A stretch of DNA of 64,000 nucleotides from Cladosporium halotolerans. Lineage: Eukaryota. How positions within the stretch are numbered: the first letter of the stretch is position 1; the number at the start of each line of letters is the position of its first letter. Shown here piece after piece: positions 36,396 through 48,473 of the stretch. Location: assembly GCF_011745625.1 (NCBI RefSeq), contig NW_027191453.1, positions 1,054,001-1,118,000 of the forward strand, given 5' to 3'. The position numbers were made by a program, and so were the translations under genes. A model generated the notes under the pieces. It ran no database searches. It was not told the origin of the DNA and was given only the letters and a program-made list of their open reading frames with translations.

Positions 36396-37429
36396 CTATC
36401 TCCTCGGGTTGAGCTCGTTGCCACCCGCGACGTCAACCTCGATACCGGAGCTCTTCGCCGCGCCATTGACCCTCTCACCCTCCTTCAGCGCCACACCCTG
36501 ATCTCTTGCCTTGACAGTGATGTTCTTCAGCTCAGCCAACATGACGTTCCTCGTCTGCTCGACCAGCGAATCAACGTCCTCCTTAGTCTTGCCCTTTGTC
36601 ACAATCGGCTGCAAGACCTTCACGGGGATCGTGCCGGGACGGAAGAGTTTCCTCCTGACGTCAAGCACGTTGCTGTAGTTTGCGACAGCGATGGGGATGA
36701 TGGGCACCTGTGCTTGGACAGCAAGGTGAAAGGCACCCTTCTTGAAGGGAAGAAGGTCCGGGTAGTCGTAGTAGCTGCGAGTGCCTTCAGGGAAGATGTA
36801 GACAGACTGCCTGTTCTTGTGCATCTGCTCTGCGGCGTTGTCGAAGGCGGCCACAGCTTGCGAGCGGGACTTGCGTTCGATGAATACAGTTTTGCTCAGG
36901 GCCACTGTTGAGCGAAGTTTGTTAGCATCTGTTTGCACATATATTGGCGTGTAGTTTTCGGATATTACTTACTGAACCAGCCCAGGAAAGGCAGATACAT
37001 CAAGCTCTTCTTCGCAGTGACACTGCAGTACTTGGGAAAAAGGTGACCCAGTAATAGCACATCTAGCTCAGTCTGGTGGTTGCCGACCAGGACAGCAGGC
37101 CTCAATTTGTCCCAAGTCTCACCCTGCAGGAGGCCATCCGGGTCCTCAATTTCAAACCACACACCGGTGTATACCAGCATTGTCCACTTGAAGCTTCTTG
37201 CCGTAGTCCATTGCCCCAGACCTCCGTAGCCGACGACGTTCAAGCATGCCGAGGCGATCGTACCGTATGTTGCGCAGACGAGAAGGGCGGTGAAGGAGGC
37301 GACGCAGCGGGCGTAGTAGTCGATCTTCTGGCTGTTGGTGACATTCGCGACGACGTAGAGCACCTGGGTAGTGACGAGGACGGCGATGGGGCTGCCGACA
37401 ACCCAGGCCAGGACGGTGGTGAAGGCCAT
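36396..37429 (-). CDS. SLC1: 1-acyl-sn-glycerol-3-phosphate acyltransferase
   Basis: NHQTELD (NHxxxxD), FIERK, IFPEGTRS and LLPFKKGAFHLA motifs; intron ~36906-36972. Confidence 0.93.
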
Positions 37430-37916
37430 GCTTGTGATTGGAACTCGGTGTGCGTTCAGGCGCGGTAAGCGGGCATAGCAGGGCTTGCGCTCGCGAGGTA
37501 AGGACAGCGGTCGACTCCCGTCGGATAGGCAGGTTCTCGAGCAGGACTCGGGCTTGTGATCAGACGGCCGGTAGTCAGATGAGACAGTCAAGTGCGCTGT
37601 CGGCGGCGCTCAATTGCATATGTTTTGTGTGGGGTGCAGCGGGGCTGCAGAAAGCCAAATTGTTGGGCCCCGAGCTGTATGAGCTTTTGAGAGCAAGCAC
37701 TTTCACCAGCCGCTAGTAAAATCGAGGGCACAAGGCGCAGATAGCTTCAAGTAGGGACTGACAGACTTATACTGAGGTCAAAGCTGTTCATGCGGTATGC
37801 GTAATCGTACAATTTTGTACTAGTACAGTAATGCTAGGTATTCATACATCGCAACAGTGGTATCATTCGCAGCCCATGCGCCGCAATTGCAACCGAGCCC
37901 ATTAATAGAAGAACGT

Positions 37917-39338
37917 TCACTCCACGCTGGTGGGTATCTTGACTTCGCCTCTCTTCCGCTCTGTGTGCGGCATGCCGTAACGGTGGCCAACTCCCTTGCT
38001 GCTCCTGCCGTCCTTGCCGACGTTCTCAGCACTGATGTCCTGGAACTTAAAGTCCCAGCGTCTCCCTTGTACTGTCCTCTGCGTACGTGCCTTCCACTCT
38101 TTTTGTTTCCTCTCCTTCTCCACAGCCGCAGCGTGCTCCTTCTCTTCTATCTCGGCAAAGCGGTTGAGACGCTCGGTGCGGGAGACATCCTCTGCGTTCC
38201 AGCGCTCCAGCTGCACGAGTTGAGGGTGAGGAATACGCTTGTCGGCAGGCAGAAGACTGGGCGAGAAAGCCTTTGCGGCATCTTCACGAGTGAAGTTCCG
38301 AGACTCGGATGTGGGGTAGAACAGCTGTTGACGAGTGGCGGGATGCACTGGAAGGTCATTGATGCTCTCGTGGGCTACCATGTTTGAGCCATCTTGCCTC
38401 AAAGGTGTTGTGGGAAGCATGGCCAAGACAGCCTCGTTGTAAGGTGCAGCCAATTGTTTGCCCTAGACGATATGTTAGCAAATTGGTCTGGAAGAAGACT
38501 GCTAAATAGTAGAGTTGAGGTTGCGCTGTAGGATCAGAGAGGCTCGCATGCATTTGTTTTGTAACCATGTAGGTGTCTTAAAGACTAATCGATTTTTAAA
38601 TTTAAATCATCACAATGACAGCTGGGGAAGTGTTAGAGAAAATGAAAGGGTTGAACTCACTTCTTCGATCCACTGCTTCTCGATAGTCTTCAACCGGATG
38701 ACGGCAGCCACTCGGCGCATGTCTACACCATACGCCGCACTGACACCCTGTAGATCCATCTTCCTCACGACGACCTGCCGGTAAAGCTCTTCTCTCAGTT
38801 CTTCCGAGAGCACTGCTTCACTCTTGAACGCTTGATTCAGCGGGAATGGGTAGAGGTCAGACAATCTCTCTTTAGGCGGTATTCTGGCCTCTGCGATTCG
38901 CTTGGCGCGAGCTTCAGCACGAACTGCCGCCCTGGAAGCCCTCTCTGCTTCGTCGACACCCTCTGCTTCTTCTTGTTTAACAACTTCTGCCTCCCGAGCA
39001 TCTTCAGTCTCTCGAGCTCGCTGGGTTGCCTCTTCACGTTCAGGCCAGCGTCTCATGTTTCCCTCCTTATCATACGCGGACAAGTAGTTCGTAGAGCCAG
39101 GGGAGGAACGTCGGAATCGGAAACCGGGACCAGCCAGCCATGCATCCATATCGCGTCGTAGAAGGGTTTTACGCCGTACGGGGGCTTTACCTGCCTCCTT
39201 GTTGCGCTCAAGAGCAGCAGGGGATTTGTGGAAAGAGCGCGAAAAGACATGAGGCTCGGCGACAGCCTGTGGTCTTGAGCGGAGACATTGGCATGCCGAC
39301 GGCTGCGGCAGCCTCTGAGGCTGTAAACGCGGAGGCAT
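37917..39338 (-). CDS. MRPS35: Mitochondrial small-subunit ribosomal protein mS45 (Bot1/MRPS35 family)
   Basis: STNYLSAYD, PFPLNQAFKSEAVLSEELREE, YGVDMRRVAAVIRLK, HESINDLPVH, FYPTSESRNFTREDAAKAF and VGHRYGMPH motifs; intron 38464-38660. Confidence 0.88.
38530..38618 (-). ncRNA. Intronic box C/D snoRNA with two LSU-rRNA antisense guides
   Basis: On the minus strand: C box GTGATGA (38607-38613), guide TCGATTAGTCTTT + D'-like AAGA, guide TGCGAGCCTCT + D box CTGA (38534-38537), terminal stem GCTGT/ACAGC. The guides complement the conserved LSU segments AAAGACTAATCGA and GAGGCTCGCA. Confidence 0.82.
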
Positions 39339-40012
39339 TGTGTTTGTGATGACAAAAAGAAAAGGGTGTGGATGATGAGGGAGATGGGAGCAGGAGGACA
39401 GCAAGGTCAAAATTAGGAAGGCTCCACCCGGCGGAAGCTGCGGCGGCATTCCCGCGGCGACTTCACCTCCGAACCTCACGTCTTGGGCGATCCCTCTTAC
39501 AACCTTGCTTCCCAGGACCACAGCGTGATAGAGCGCGAGGTGCATTGCAGTCTTTAACACATTAGAGGTCGGAGAATCTGCACGTGCTGGTCTCATCTAC
39601 GTGTGTGAGAATGTCGCAATCTTTCTCGAGCAAATCGTTGACAGAACGTTGACGCATCCTTAAATAGCGCACCGTTGCAGGATTTCTACTTAGTTGCGAC
39701 ATCAGGCAAACCTGGCTCATGGCCACGCATATTCTAAACGTGAAGAAAAGCATCATTTCATAGAGGTAGCCTCCGCATTGGCTTTCTGTTCGAGGTGTAC
39801 TGATCGCACCTAATATCATGACTGGCATCCACGAAATCGAAATTCCGAAACTTGCAGGAGTCATTTTCTTGCCATTGATGTTGTTAACGACAAGAAATGA
39901 AGTGTGGTGGAAGACTAACTGCCCGGCCTGGTCCAAAATCCACCAGAAGCGTACCCATGCACTCACTTGCATCTTCGTATCCTCGCCATCAAAGTCCCAC
40001 CTCATACGATAT

Positions 40013-40315
40013 TCAGTGCGCGAGGCCTCTTCCCGTCAAATGGCGCTCTGGAACCCAGCCCTCAAGAACCGCTAGAGTATATCCTCTGTCCACCTCGACC
40101 CGCCTCGCTTCAGCCTCAAACAGATCCGCCTCCAGCTGCGCATTTGCCCTTGCCACAGCCGCTGCAGCTTCCCTCTCGCTTCTCTGCGCCACGTACCTTT
40201 TGTAGTAAAGAATGCCCATCGCGAGACAGACTGAGAGAAGGGTGGCGCACATGAAGACAATCAATAAAATGCTGGCTTTGGAGAGCGAGGCCATGTTGTC
40301 GGAATCGGCGGGCAT
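40013..40315 (-). CDS. Hypothetical small single-TM protein
   Basis: ORF with hydrophobic helix ILLIVFMCATLLSVCLAMGILYY followed by a basic KR and a helical tail; no recognised family. Confidence 0.35.
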   Translation of the reverse strand: MPADSDNMASLSKASILLIVFMCATLLSVCLAMGILYYKRYVAQRSEREAAAAVARANAQLEADLFEAEARRVEVDRGYTLAVLEGWVPERHLTGRGLAH

Positions 40316-40742
40316 GATCGGTGTGTCGCTTGTGTTGGTGGCTTTCCGATCCACGGCTCCCGGATATCAGAGCTTCTCGACAGGTGTGTGGTCGAAAGAC
40401 TAGCGTTTCGAATTATCTTGGTGGGTGATCATGAGCAGATCGTGGATTGAGAGGATGCGGTGACCGATCTTTCAAAGCGTCGAAGATATGGGCGACAGGC
40501 TGTTGAGGAGATCCAGGAAACCATGCAGTGGGCGAGCAAAAATCGATTCCTCCGAGAGATGTCACATGCCTGCAAGATAACGATCACATGACAGCAATTG
40601 TCTGTTGATTACAATCGAAGTCTCTCGGCAGCGGATAAAAGCACGTGATACTGGCAGAAGAGGCAATGATGTCGTAAGAAATCGGTAAAGAGATCGTTTT
40701 GGATTAGAACAACTCAAAAGCTCTGGCGCGCATTGAAACAAT

Positions 40743-41417
40743 TTAACTTTGACGGCCGACGAACACGTACTTCGACCCTGCTCCGAGATCCGCCCAAGCC
40801 TTACTTGGAGGGGTCCATGAGTTCCTGGCCTTAGCATCTCCAAGGCAAGATGCAATCTCACCGACCATTGGAATGGAACAGTTGACCTCCAGCCTTGACT
40901 GCTTGTCCGTCGGTGCCGCAGCGAGTCTTCCGGTCCTGCGAATATTATTCAGTGTCTGAGCAACCTCCGATCGTGGAGCAGGTTGCGCATAGCCTTCAGT
41001 TGCCATCTCGATAAGCACGCGGTCGATAACATCAGAGAGCACCGCAATCTGAGCAGCATTTGAGTCTTCGCCCTCGTCGTGCCTGCTGACTGCAATTGCG
41101 GAGAAGATAAGACCAATGCCGGGACTGTACTCGACCTTTCCATCCGTTCGGAAACCGTCACTAACTGAACGGTTGACCATTGCAAAAATGGATCGTAGAA
41201 GAGCGTGCGAAATAACGTTAACTTCTGCGTTAGCAAGACAAGAGCAATGCTCAGGAGTACGAGGAAATTCTGCTGTGAAAGACAAAGCGCAGTATTGAAG
41301 TTGACTTTGCCAGAAAGCGACCTTGAAGAGGACAAGGGGAGTATTATTGAATGTCTGGCAACGAAATGTATCTGGACATGATGGAGGAAAAACATGTTCA
41401 AAGCAATGCTTCCCAAA
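40743..41417 (-). CDS. Hypothetical protein (open frame of ~225 codons, start or first exon unresolved)
   Basis: Stop-free frame 41417 to 40743 with protein-like composition; no clear ATG or family. Confidence 0.3.
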   Translation of the reverse strand, partial: FGKHCFEHVFPPSCPDTFRCQTFNNTPLVLFKVAFWQSQLQYCALSFTAEFPRTPEHCSCLANAEVNVISHALLRSIFAMVNRSVSDGFRTDGKVEYSPGIGLIFSAIAVSRHDEGEDSNAAQIAVLSDVIDRVLIEMATEGYAQPAPRSEVAQTLNNIRRTGRLAAAPTDKQSRLEVNCSIPMVGEIASCLGDAKARNSWTPPSKAWADLGAGSKYVFVGRQS

Positions 41418-42382
41418 TCACAATGGCTATTGTCCCTGCAACTCGACTCCCGGCCCAGAGGCCGAACAAAGAAACTGGCGAAGCTTGAATGAAAGGTACA
41501 AAAATTGATGACGTCCGCGACGATATAGACAAAGAAAGGAGACCGCCCGTGACTTTTCCGTCTCTGTTACAGGTCACTTCATTGTCCATGCACTCTCTAT
41601 GCATCGTATCTATCACCTGTCCTGTCAACCTGCTGCCAGTATGAGCGGTTCGTAGTCGTGAGTTCTACGTTTCGTACCACTAGATACTGTTTTCCAATCG
41701 AGAGCACAAGTGCAGTGAAATTACTGTTCCAGCACTCTGTCCGAAGTGAACGGCGCAGGCTACTAATATTCACATCTCAAAATATTCAAGCATCAGCACA
41801 TCGAGTCACTATTCGGGATGCGAGAATACTACTTTATTGAAATCGACGACGTGGAGGAGTCCGTGTTGGACAACGTGACCGCTTCATCACGAAGAGCCAG
41901 AAGATTTTGCTGCTGCGATCAACCACGGTAACAACGAGTTGTTTGACGCTCACCAAGAACTGACTTCAGGCCTGCGCGGAATCGGTACGATGCCGGCTGT
42001 GCACTTTATTTGACTTCGAAGGGTCTGCTGCCATGGGAATATAAGCGAGGTACTGCGAGGCACATTGGCATTGGCATTGGCAAGGCCGGGGGACCATCCC
42101 CGATGACGGGCTTGGCGAACCAGGATCTTCCATGGTTGGGGCTCTTGCTCGGATGATTAAGCGAAACAGAAATGGCCAGAACGAGATCTTCCGATGCGGG
42201 GGCATGTGGGGTGAATGCATGAGATAAATTGATTATTGACGGGAAGGACTGAGCGCTTTTCGTTCAACAGCGATCGATTCGTGGGAGTTCCCACCACCAT
42301 CGGAACATCTATGCATAAGACATCGCTTGTTCGCCATGAATGCAATACTTTTCTCGTTAATGCAAGACTCTGAGCCACCAAA

Positions 42383-43262
42383 TCAGCCATTGACATTGTG
42401 CATCCAGATCTGCTGCGTTGTCCTGGCACCGAAACGACTGGCCCGAAGAACTGCCCTCATCTGTTCTAAACCAGTGAACAAGTTCCTGCGCGCCATGAAC
42501 CATCTGATACCCTCGGAACAAGGGGGTGTCGTAAGACTACCATCGTACGTCCAATACTCGTCGAGGTTCTCTACATCTTCAAGTGCAAGTCCGAGATTCA
42601 TGTTCAAATGCTCTTCAGAGTCGGTCTCATTCCAATGGATCATAGGAGTTGGGAGCTGTTCCAAGAAGGTCGAGTTGCTGGTGCCGGGCTCCATGCGGAT
42701 GCCCAGAACAGCTGCAGGATTACCCTCTGCATCAACGTGGACAAGGTGCAGCTCGGCTTTGGCGCGATGAGCAGCTACGGTGTGTTCGGCGGGAGTGTGG
42801 ATGTGCCAACCGGTCAGGTAGACGGTGGTGTTGTCATATGTGAGGCTGGGGTTGCCAGTGTAGTTGCCTTCTTCGTGAGAGATAGTGAAAGCTGGACCGA
42901 ATCCCCAGTTGTAGAAATTGCCATCGTGTGAACCAGCGTAGTTGAATGACGGCTTATGCGATGTTGCAGGCCCATTTTCGGGAGTCAGGGCGATAGGTAC
43001 CTGGTGAGCGCCGGTATGGCACAGCTCATAGTCTTACCCATCGTCAGTAATTCGTTCTAATATAAAAGATTAAAAGATGTTAAGATATCTCACCCAAGTT
43101 GAGACTCCCCCAGTCGTACGAAGTTGCATACTCCCAATCTCGAGACTCTCCTGCCTCGGCTCGCTTTTTGTGAGGAGTCTCAGGATAATGGTGATTGTCA
43201 TGCTTTGCACATGCCAGCACCGAAGATGTAAGAGCAGACAAAATGAGAGCTGAACGAATCAT
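42383..43262 (-). CDS. Secreted alpha-class carbonic anhydrase
   Basis: Signal peptide; intron 43033-43093; C-H-T-G-A-H-Q-V-P-I, WHIHTPAEH and ELHLVH zinc-ligand motifs; YWTYDGSLTTPPCSEGIRW. Confidence 0.92.
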
Positions 43263-44442
43263 GATGTAGTAAGTATAAGCTTGAACACGACGAGAAGAAC
43301 TGGTCCGATAGAGTTCCTCGAAGAGAGGAAGTTCGAGACATCTTATACACCTGTTAGCCGCCGCCTTCGCCGGTCACTGCCACAGCCAGGCCTCCAAGAT
43401 GCAGAAAGAAGGCTGGGCGAGGCCTCTTGGTGTTTCGTCAACGGCCAAGGAATGTCGGGGTCGGATAGGGTGTTGTGGGGGACGGCCACGGGAATCGAAC
43501 TAGGATATAGATTGAGAATGTACCTGCCGAGAACTCGTTTGACAGACAATGTGAGTTTGCAGCGGCCGTAAACTGCTACAGAGCTGGCCTCAACACTTCG
43601 TCTTGGACCGTTTGCTTACGGAATTTCTGAACCGATGTTGTAAGTATATCAGCATGACACCAACGCCGGTGAACAACAAAAGAACACTGCAAGTAAGCTT
43701 AGTGCTCTTGCGGATGTGCCAAGCTCGCATGGCAATGTTGGAGCGGACTAGGCCTGATGAGCAGACTCAGCCGCGGAGAATACAGACCCTTGCACGCCAC
43801 GTTTGAAGCGTGAAGAAATCGCGCCCTAAAGTAGTTTTCGTGAATTGCAGGGAGACAGGTTTCTTGTTACTACATAGCCGAGCTCTCCGAGCATTCGAAC
43901 AAGGAGTATCCCGACGCATTCCGCGGTGGCCATCATTCAAAGGATGTGTGTTTTCGGAGGTGACGTTGCAGGCGAGACAAACTTGTACCGTAAGCCGCAT
44001 CGCTGATACATTTGACGAGTCAAGCCTTCCAGTCCAAATGACGAATAGTGTAGTCTCCTCGAAGCGTTCTGAAAATGAGACCGCCATCCCAGCAAGAGTC
44101 CCATAGTGCTGTACATCGGAATACTTCGTGGAAAGAGTAGAGAGCCGGAAAGTTCCGATGGAGCCGTGGTAATGACTTGAGAGTCGAGAACGTAGCCCGA
44201 GCACCCCTGCAACGTTACAATTGCGGAGTCATCTATGCATTGGCGAGACCCATGAAATCGCACGTGAGTCGGCAACCTGAAGCGTTGTTGGAAGTACCCA
44301 AGCATCCCGTTGGACCGTTGACAGCTTGGCGCCTTCCGCTTGGAGCGAGACCCCACCAAAACACTTGGGCTCAGGCGCGTCGACCCGACCTCACGCGTCG
44401 GGGGACACCGCCCGCACCGCCAACAAGCATGCCGCCCTTGCA

Positions 44443-47157
44443 ATGAGCAACACACGGAATACGCGCGTGGAGAGCGCACTCCAATCCCTTCTGGAGCGAC
44501 TTGTCCCGCAACAATATCACAATGAAAGTGAAGCGGACGCCGAGCGCAGATGGGAAGATGCGAACGTCCTTGCGCGCAACCTCGTCAATGCGGAACCAGA
44601 GAGTGGCACGGTTGAGGATGTCAACCTCGCAGCGGACTTGATCAAAGAGAAGCTTTTACGAGGAGGAACAGAACGAAGGGACTTGGAGCGGGCGACGAGC
44701 TTTGGAAACCTATATTCAAGATTACTGTCGCAACCGGTGTTAGGGCAGAAGTGGGGCATTCTCTACTTCCTGCACCGTATTGGAGAGGACGACGGGATTG
44801 AGAATGGAGATGCTCAAAGGGCATCTCAACAGGAGGCGTTTGACGAAATGGAGGTAGACGAGCCAGTCGAGCTGGGCAGAAAGTCAACGGCGAAGAAGAC
44901 CTCCTACGATGATGCCTTTGCAAGGGACGGGTTGCCGCGTATGCCGAGAGCTGAAGGACCCAAAAGCCCCAGGCCGCCGCCTGTGCGAGACAGACCCGTG
45001 CCGACGCGACAGAAGTCCGTGCCAGAAGCAAAACCACCGCAACAAGCACAAAGTGCAGCTCCAAACCAAGCAAAACCGGGTGAATCTGCGTTACTACGAG
45101 ACCTGCCGTTTACGCTCCAGGGACTCTCTTCGAACAACCTCCCATTCGGAGATGATCTTGCATTGAAGCTACCAGCAAATCTACCGACACCTTTGGTCTC
45201 ATTGCTACACACCCTCGCCGAGCCGGCGTTGTTGTACAAGTCGCTCTCGCAATTTGTCGAAAGTGAGGACGTTGGCGGGCTCGTTAGTCAGAGCTTGCGA
45301 TCTGCTATCGGGACGGAGTTGCGGTCTTATTTGTCCTTGGTAGCGCAACTGGAAGGCCAGATCCGCCGTGCGCTGCAGCAGCTGGATGACAATCTTCCAA
45401 ATGGCGGTCTAGGCAAGGCTGGCGTGACACTGAAGCGTCTTGTAGTATGGACCCGAGATGCGACAACAGGTCTGCGCCTGATGAGTCTGATCGTTGAGAG
45501 CGCGAAGGGGAAGAAAGGCGGAGAGCTCATCAGTCTGATCCACAGCTTTGCTATTTCGCACGGCGACCCTTTTGTGCACAGCTTCGCAGAACGATTGCTG
45601 AGCAATATCACGAAACCCTTCTACAACATGCTGCGGGCGTGGATTTACGATGGTGAGCTCGAGGACCCCTATCAAGAATTCTTCGTCTTCGAAAACCGTG
45701 ACGATAGAGACGGCATGGGCGTAGGAGCGATGAGTGTATGGGAGCACAAATACGCCCTTCAATCGGCGATGATACCCAGTATCATGAACGCAGACCTTGC
45801 CAACCGAGTCTTCTTGATCGGAAAGAGTTTGAACTTCATCCGCTATTCCTGCGGCGACTCTGCCTGGGTCGAGAAGCATTCGAGGGATGCATCACGCGAG
45901 CTAAGCTACAGTGATCCCGCAAGTCTTTACTCCAGCATCGACTCGGCGTATTCAACTGTTATGGCTAGGCTACTCAGCCTCATGGAGGACAAATTTGCCC
46001 TGTTCACGCATCTCACCGCATTGAAGAAATACCTCTTGCTTGGCTCAGGCGACTTCATTGGGCTCCTCATGGAGTCGTTGGCCGACAATCTGGACCAGCC
46101 CGCAAATTCACAATACCGCCACACTTTGACTGCGCAACTCGAGCACGCTATCCGCAACTCCAATGCACAGTACGACGATGTTGACGTTCTCCGGCGCCTA
46201 GACGCGCGCATGCTGGAGCTCAGCCACGGCGAGATTGGCTGGGACGTCTTCACCTTGGAGTACCGGATCGACTCACCGTTGGATGTCATAGTGACACCCT
46301 GGGCCAGCAAGCAATACCTCAAGGTGTTCAACTTCCTTTGGCGTGTCAAGCGTGTCCAATTTGCCCTCGGAACCACGTGGCGACGATGCATGACTGGCGC
46401 TCGAGGCGTTCTTGGGGCTGTGAGCGACAAACTTGGTGAAGATTGGAAGGTGGCTAGAGGCGCAATGGCAGAGATGATCCATTTCATCGACCAGCTGCAA
46501 TGGTACATTCTGTTCGAGGTTATCGAGGCCGGCTGGGAAGGCTTGCAGAAGGCCATTCGGAAGCCAGACGCCACATTAGACACGCTGATCACCGCTCACA
46601 CCTCTTATTTGCGGGCAATCACGCGCAAGGGTCTGCTTGGTGGAGGTCACATTGACTTCCCTAGCCAGCTCCACGAGCTCTTGAAGCTGATCCTTGCCTA
46701 CAAGGACGCGATTGATTCACTGTGGTCTCACAGCGTCGATGAGTTCGGTCGCAGACAGGAGCGCGCGGCTAAGATCGAAACTCGCACCAAGGCTGGCAGG
46801 TGGGGACTCACGGAGGCCGACGATGACATGAACTCCTCATTTGCCAGTACCTCGATCAACCGTCGTAGCACAAGGGAAGGCGAGATCGACTCCCCGATCC
46901 CGCCGCTGATTCCATTACCAGGCGGCCCAGCTGCGGTCGCCGGCAACGAAGCAGCCATCCTGGACCACCTGCGGCTCAGGCTGAAGACGCTCAGAGGCGA
47001 TTTCAAGACGAAGATCACCGCTCTGCTTGGGGATCTACGAAGTCAACCGGATACCGATATGCGGTTCTTGGGCGTTGTCATGAATTTCAACGACGTGTAC
47101 CAACCAGCGACAAGGCGGAGGGCGAGGACCGGTGAGCCGGCCAGGGCAAAGGCATGA
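44443..47157 (+). CDS. SPC98: Gamma-tubulin complex component 3 (Spc98/Alp6)
   Basis: LLRDLPFTLQG, HGDPFV, WIYDGELEDPYQEFF, IGKSLNFIR, LKKYLLLGSGDF and YLKVFNFLWRVKR motifs. Confidence 0.92.
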   Translation: MSNTRNTRVESALQSLLERLVPQQYHNESEADAERRWEDANVLARNLVNAEPESGTVEDVNLAADLIKEKLLRGGTERRDLERATSFGNLYSRLLSQPVLGQKWGILYFLHRIGEDDGIENGDAQRASQQEAFDEMEVDEPVELGRKSTAKKTSYDDAFARDGLPRMPRAEGPKSPRPPPVRDRPVPTRQKSVPEAKPPQQAQSAAPNQAKPGESALLRDLPFTLQGLSSNNLPFGDDLALKLPANLPTPLVSLLHTLAEPALLYKSLSQFVESEDVGGLVSQSLRSAIGTELRSYLSLVAQLEGQIRRALQQLDDNLPNGGLGKAGVTLKRLVVWTRDATTGLRLMSLIVESAKGKKGGELISLIHSFAISHGDPFVHSFAERLLSNITKPFYNMLRAWIYDGELEDPYQEFFVFENRDDRDGMGVGAMSVWEHKYALQSAMIPSIMNADLANRVFLIGKSLNFIRYSCGDSAWVEKHSRDASRELSYSDPASLYSSIDSAYSTVMARLLSLMEDKFALFTHLTALKKYLLLGSGDFIGLLMESLADNLDQPANSQYRHTLTAQLEHAIRNSNAQYDDVDVLRRLDARMLELSHGEIGWDVFTLEYRIDSPLDVIVTPWASKQYLKVFNFLWRVKRVQFALGTTWRRCMTGARGVLGAVSDKLGEDWKVARGAMAEMIHFIDQLQWYILFEVIEAGWEGLQKAIRKPDATLDTLITAHTSYLRAITRKGLLGGGHIDFPSQLHELLKLILAYKDAIDSLWSHSVDEFGRRQERAAKIETRTKAGRWGLTEADDDMNSSFASTSINRRSTREGEIDSPIPPLIPLPGGPAAVAGNEAAILDHLRLRLKTLRGDFKTKITALLGDLRSQPDTDMRFLGVVMNFNDVYQPATRRRARTGEPARAKA

Positions 47158-47741
47158 TGATAGCACGCCTGTGTATAGAAATTCAAGAGTCATGATTTCA
47201 CGAATACTGATACTTCAACGATATTCGTTCCACGTGCTCAGCTGCCTCAAACGGACAGAGCCCACGTGATTCAAAGCATCACGAACGTTCGATCACTAGT
47301 CTGAAAGCCATCAAAAGCACTTACCAGAGATATTTCCGTCTTCGAATACATATAACATATCTTCGAATGCATCGTATGCTGAGTCGGTGAAGTGCGACGG
47401 TGTGAGCCGCTCGCTTATATGTATGAAGAGCCTAGATGCACGATGACATTGACGCGGCTGCGGCTGATTGGCTGGCTCCGCTGACCTCCGCCATCATGAT
47501 CTCCTCCAACACCATCTCCTCATAAATCCGCAGATCCCCTCCCTCGCCACCGCATCCACTGCACGCCTCTGGGTGGTGTATCTACACGCAACAAATTTAA
47601 TCCATCTTCTCCATCCCTATCATTCCGCCAGGTGATGGGCCTCGCCGCCGATTGCCGCGCACGCCCGTACCAGAACCTGTAGCATCGCCTCCAGCACACC
47701 CTGCCTACCCGAAACCCTAGCCCCAAACACCCACCGCAGCC

Positions 47742-48473
47742 ATGGTGAAGTTCTACTCCAACGACACCGTCTACGACTACGGCTTCTCGACCGTCTCGCT
47801 CGCCTACTTCCTGCGCTACCCGAACCCCTACGCGCGCCACGTCGCCTCCACCGACACCATCGAGCGGTCCTACGACCCGGAGACGCAGCGCCTGACGACC
47901 GTGCGCCTGCACCTCAAGCGCTCGCGCCTGCCGCCCGCGGTCGTCAAGCTGCTGCCGCGCAGCTACCTGGGCAACGCGGGCGAGGACGGCCGCACGCAGA
48001 GCTTCATCCTCGAGCGCAGCGTGGTCGACGTCAAGAACGGGGTGATGCAGAGCGAGAGCCGGAACCTGGACTGGAACAACGTGCTGTCTGTGATCGAGAA
48101 GCACCGGTACGAGCGGCCGAAGGCGCTGGCGGAGGGCGCGGGCTGGAACGAGGAGACGACGAATGTGAACATCTCCGTGACGCTCAAGTCGCGGATTGGC
48201 GAGCAGATCCGGAAGCAGCGCGCGCGGTGGGGAGAGCAGGCGACTGCGACGTCTGTGAGTGGAGGTGAGGAGGAGGCGCCGAGGAGAGGGCTGTTTAGCT
48301 CGTGGGGTCAGGGTGCGATCAGGACTGCGATCGAGACGATCAGTCTGCAGAGGACTGAGAAGAGCCAGCCTAAGGCACAGAAGGGAATGAAAGTTGTGCT
48401 CGAGCGTTTGAGGCACGGTGGGCTCGTCGAGGTGTTGGAAGGCATGCGTGCTGATCGCGAGGTGGAAATCTGA
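47742..48473 (+). CDS. UPS1: PRELI/MSF1-domain mitochondrial lipid-transfer protein (Ups1-like)
   Basis: VSLAYFLRYPNPYARHVASTDTI, SFILERSVVD, SRNL and GMKVVLERL motifs. Confidence 0.88.
   Translation: MVKFYSNDTVYDYGFSTVSLAYFLRYPNPYARHVASTDTIERSYDPETQRLTTVRLHLKRSRLPPAVVKLLPRSYLGNAGEDGRTQSFILERSVVDVKNGVMQSESRNLDWNNVLSVIEKHRYERPKALAEGAGWNEETTNVNISVTLKSRIGEQIRKQRARWGEQATATSVSGGEEEAPRRGLFSSWGQGAIRTAIETISLQRTEKSQPKAQKGMKVVLERLRHGGLVEVLEGMRADREVEI

Noticed and set aside
38622..38660. Possible 39-nt nested intron (GTGAGT..CTAAC..CAG) at the 5' end of the mS45 intron
   Set aside because: At or below the minimal fungal intron size; excision recreates no donor (not a stwintron) and the frame then hits a stop.
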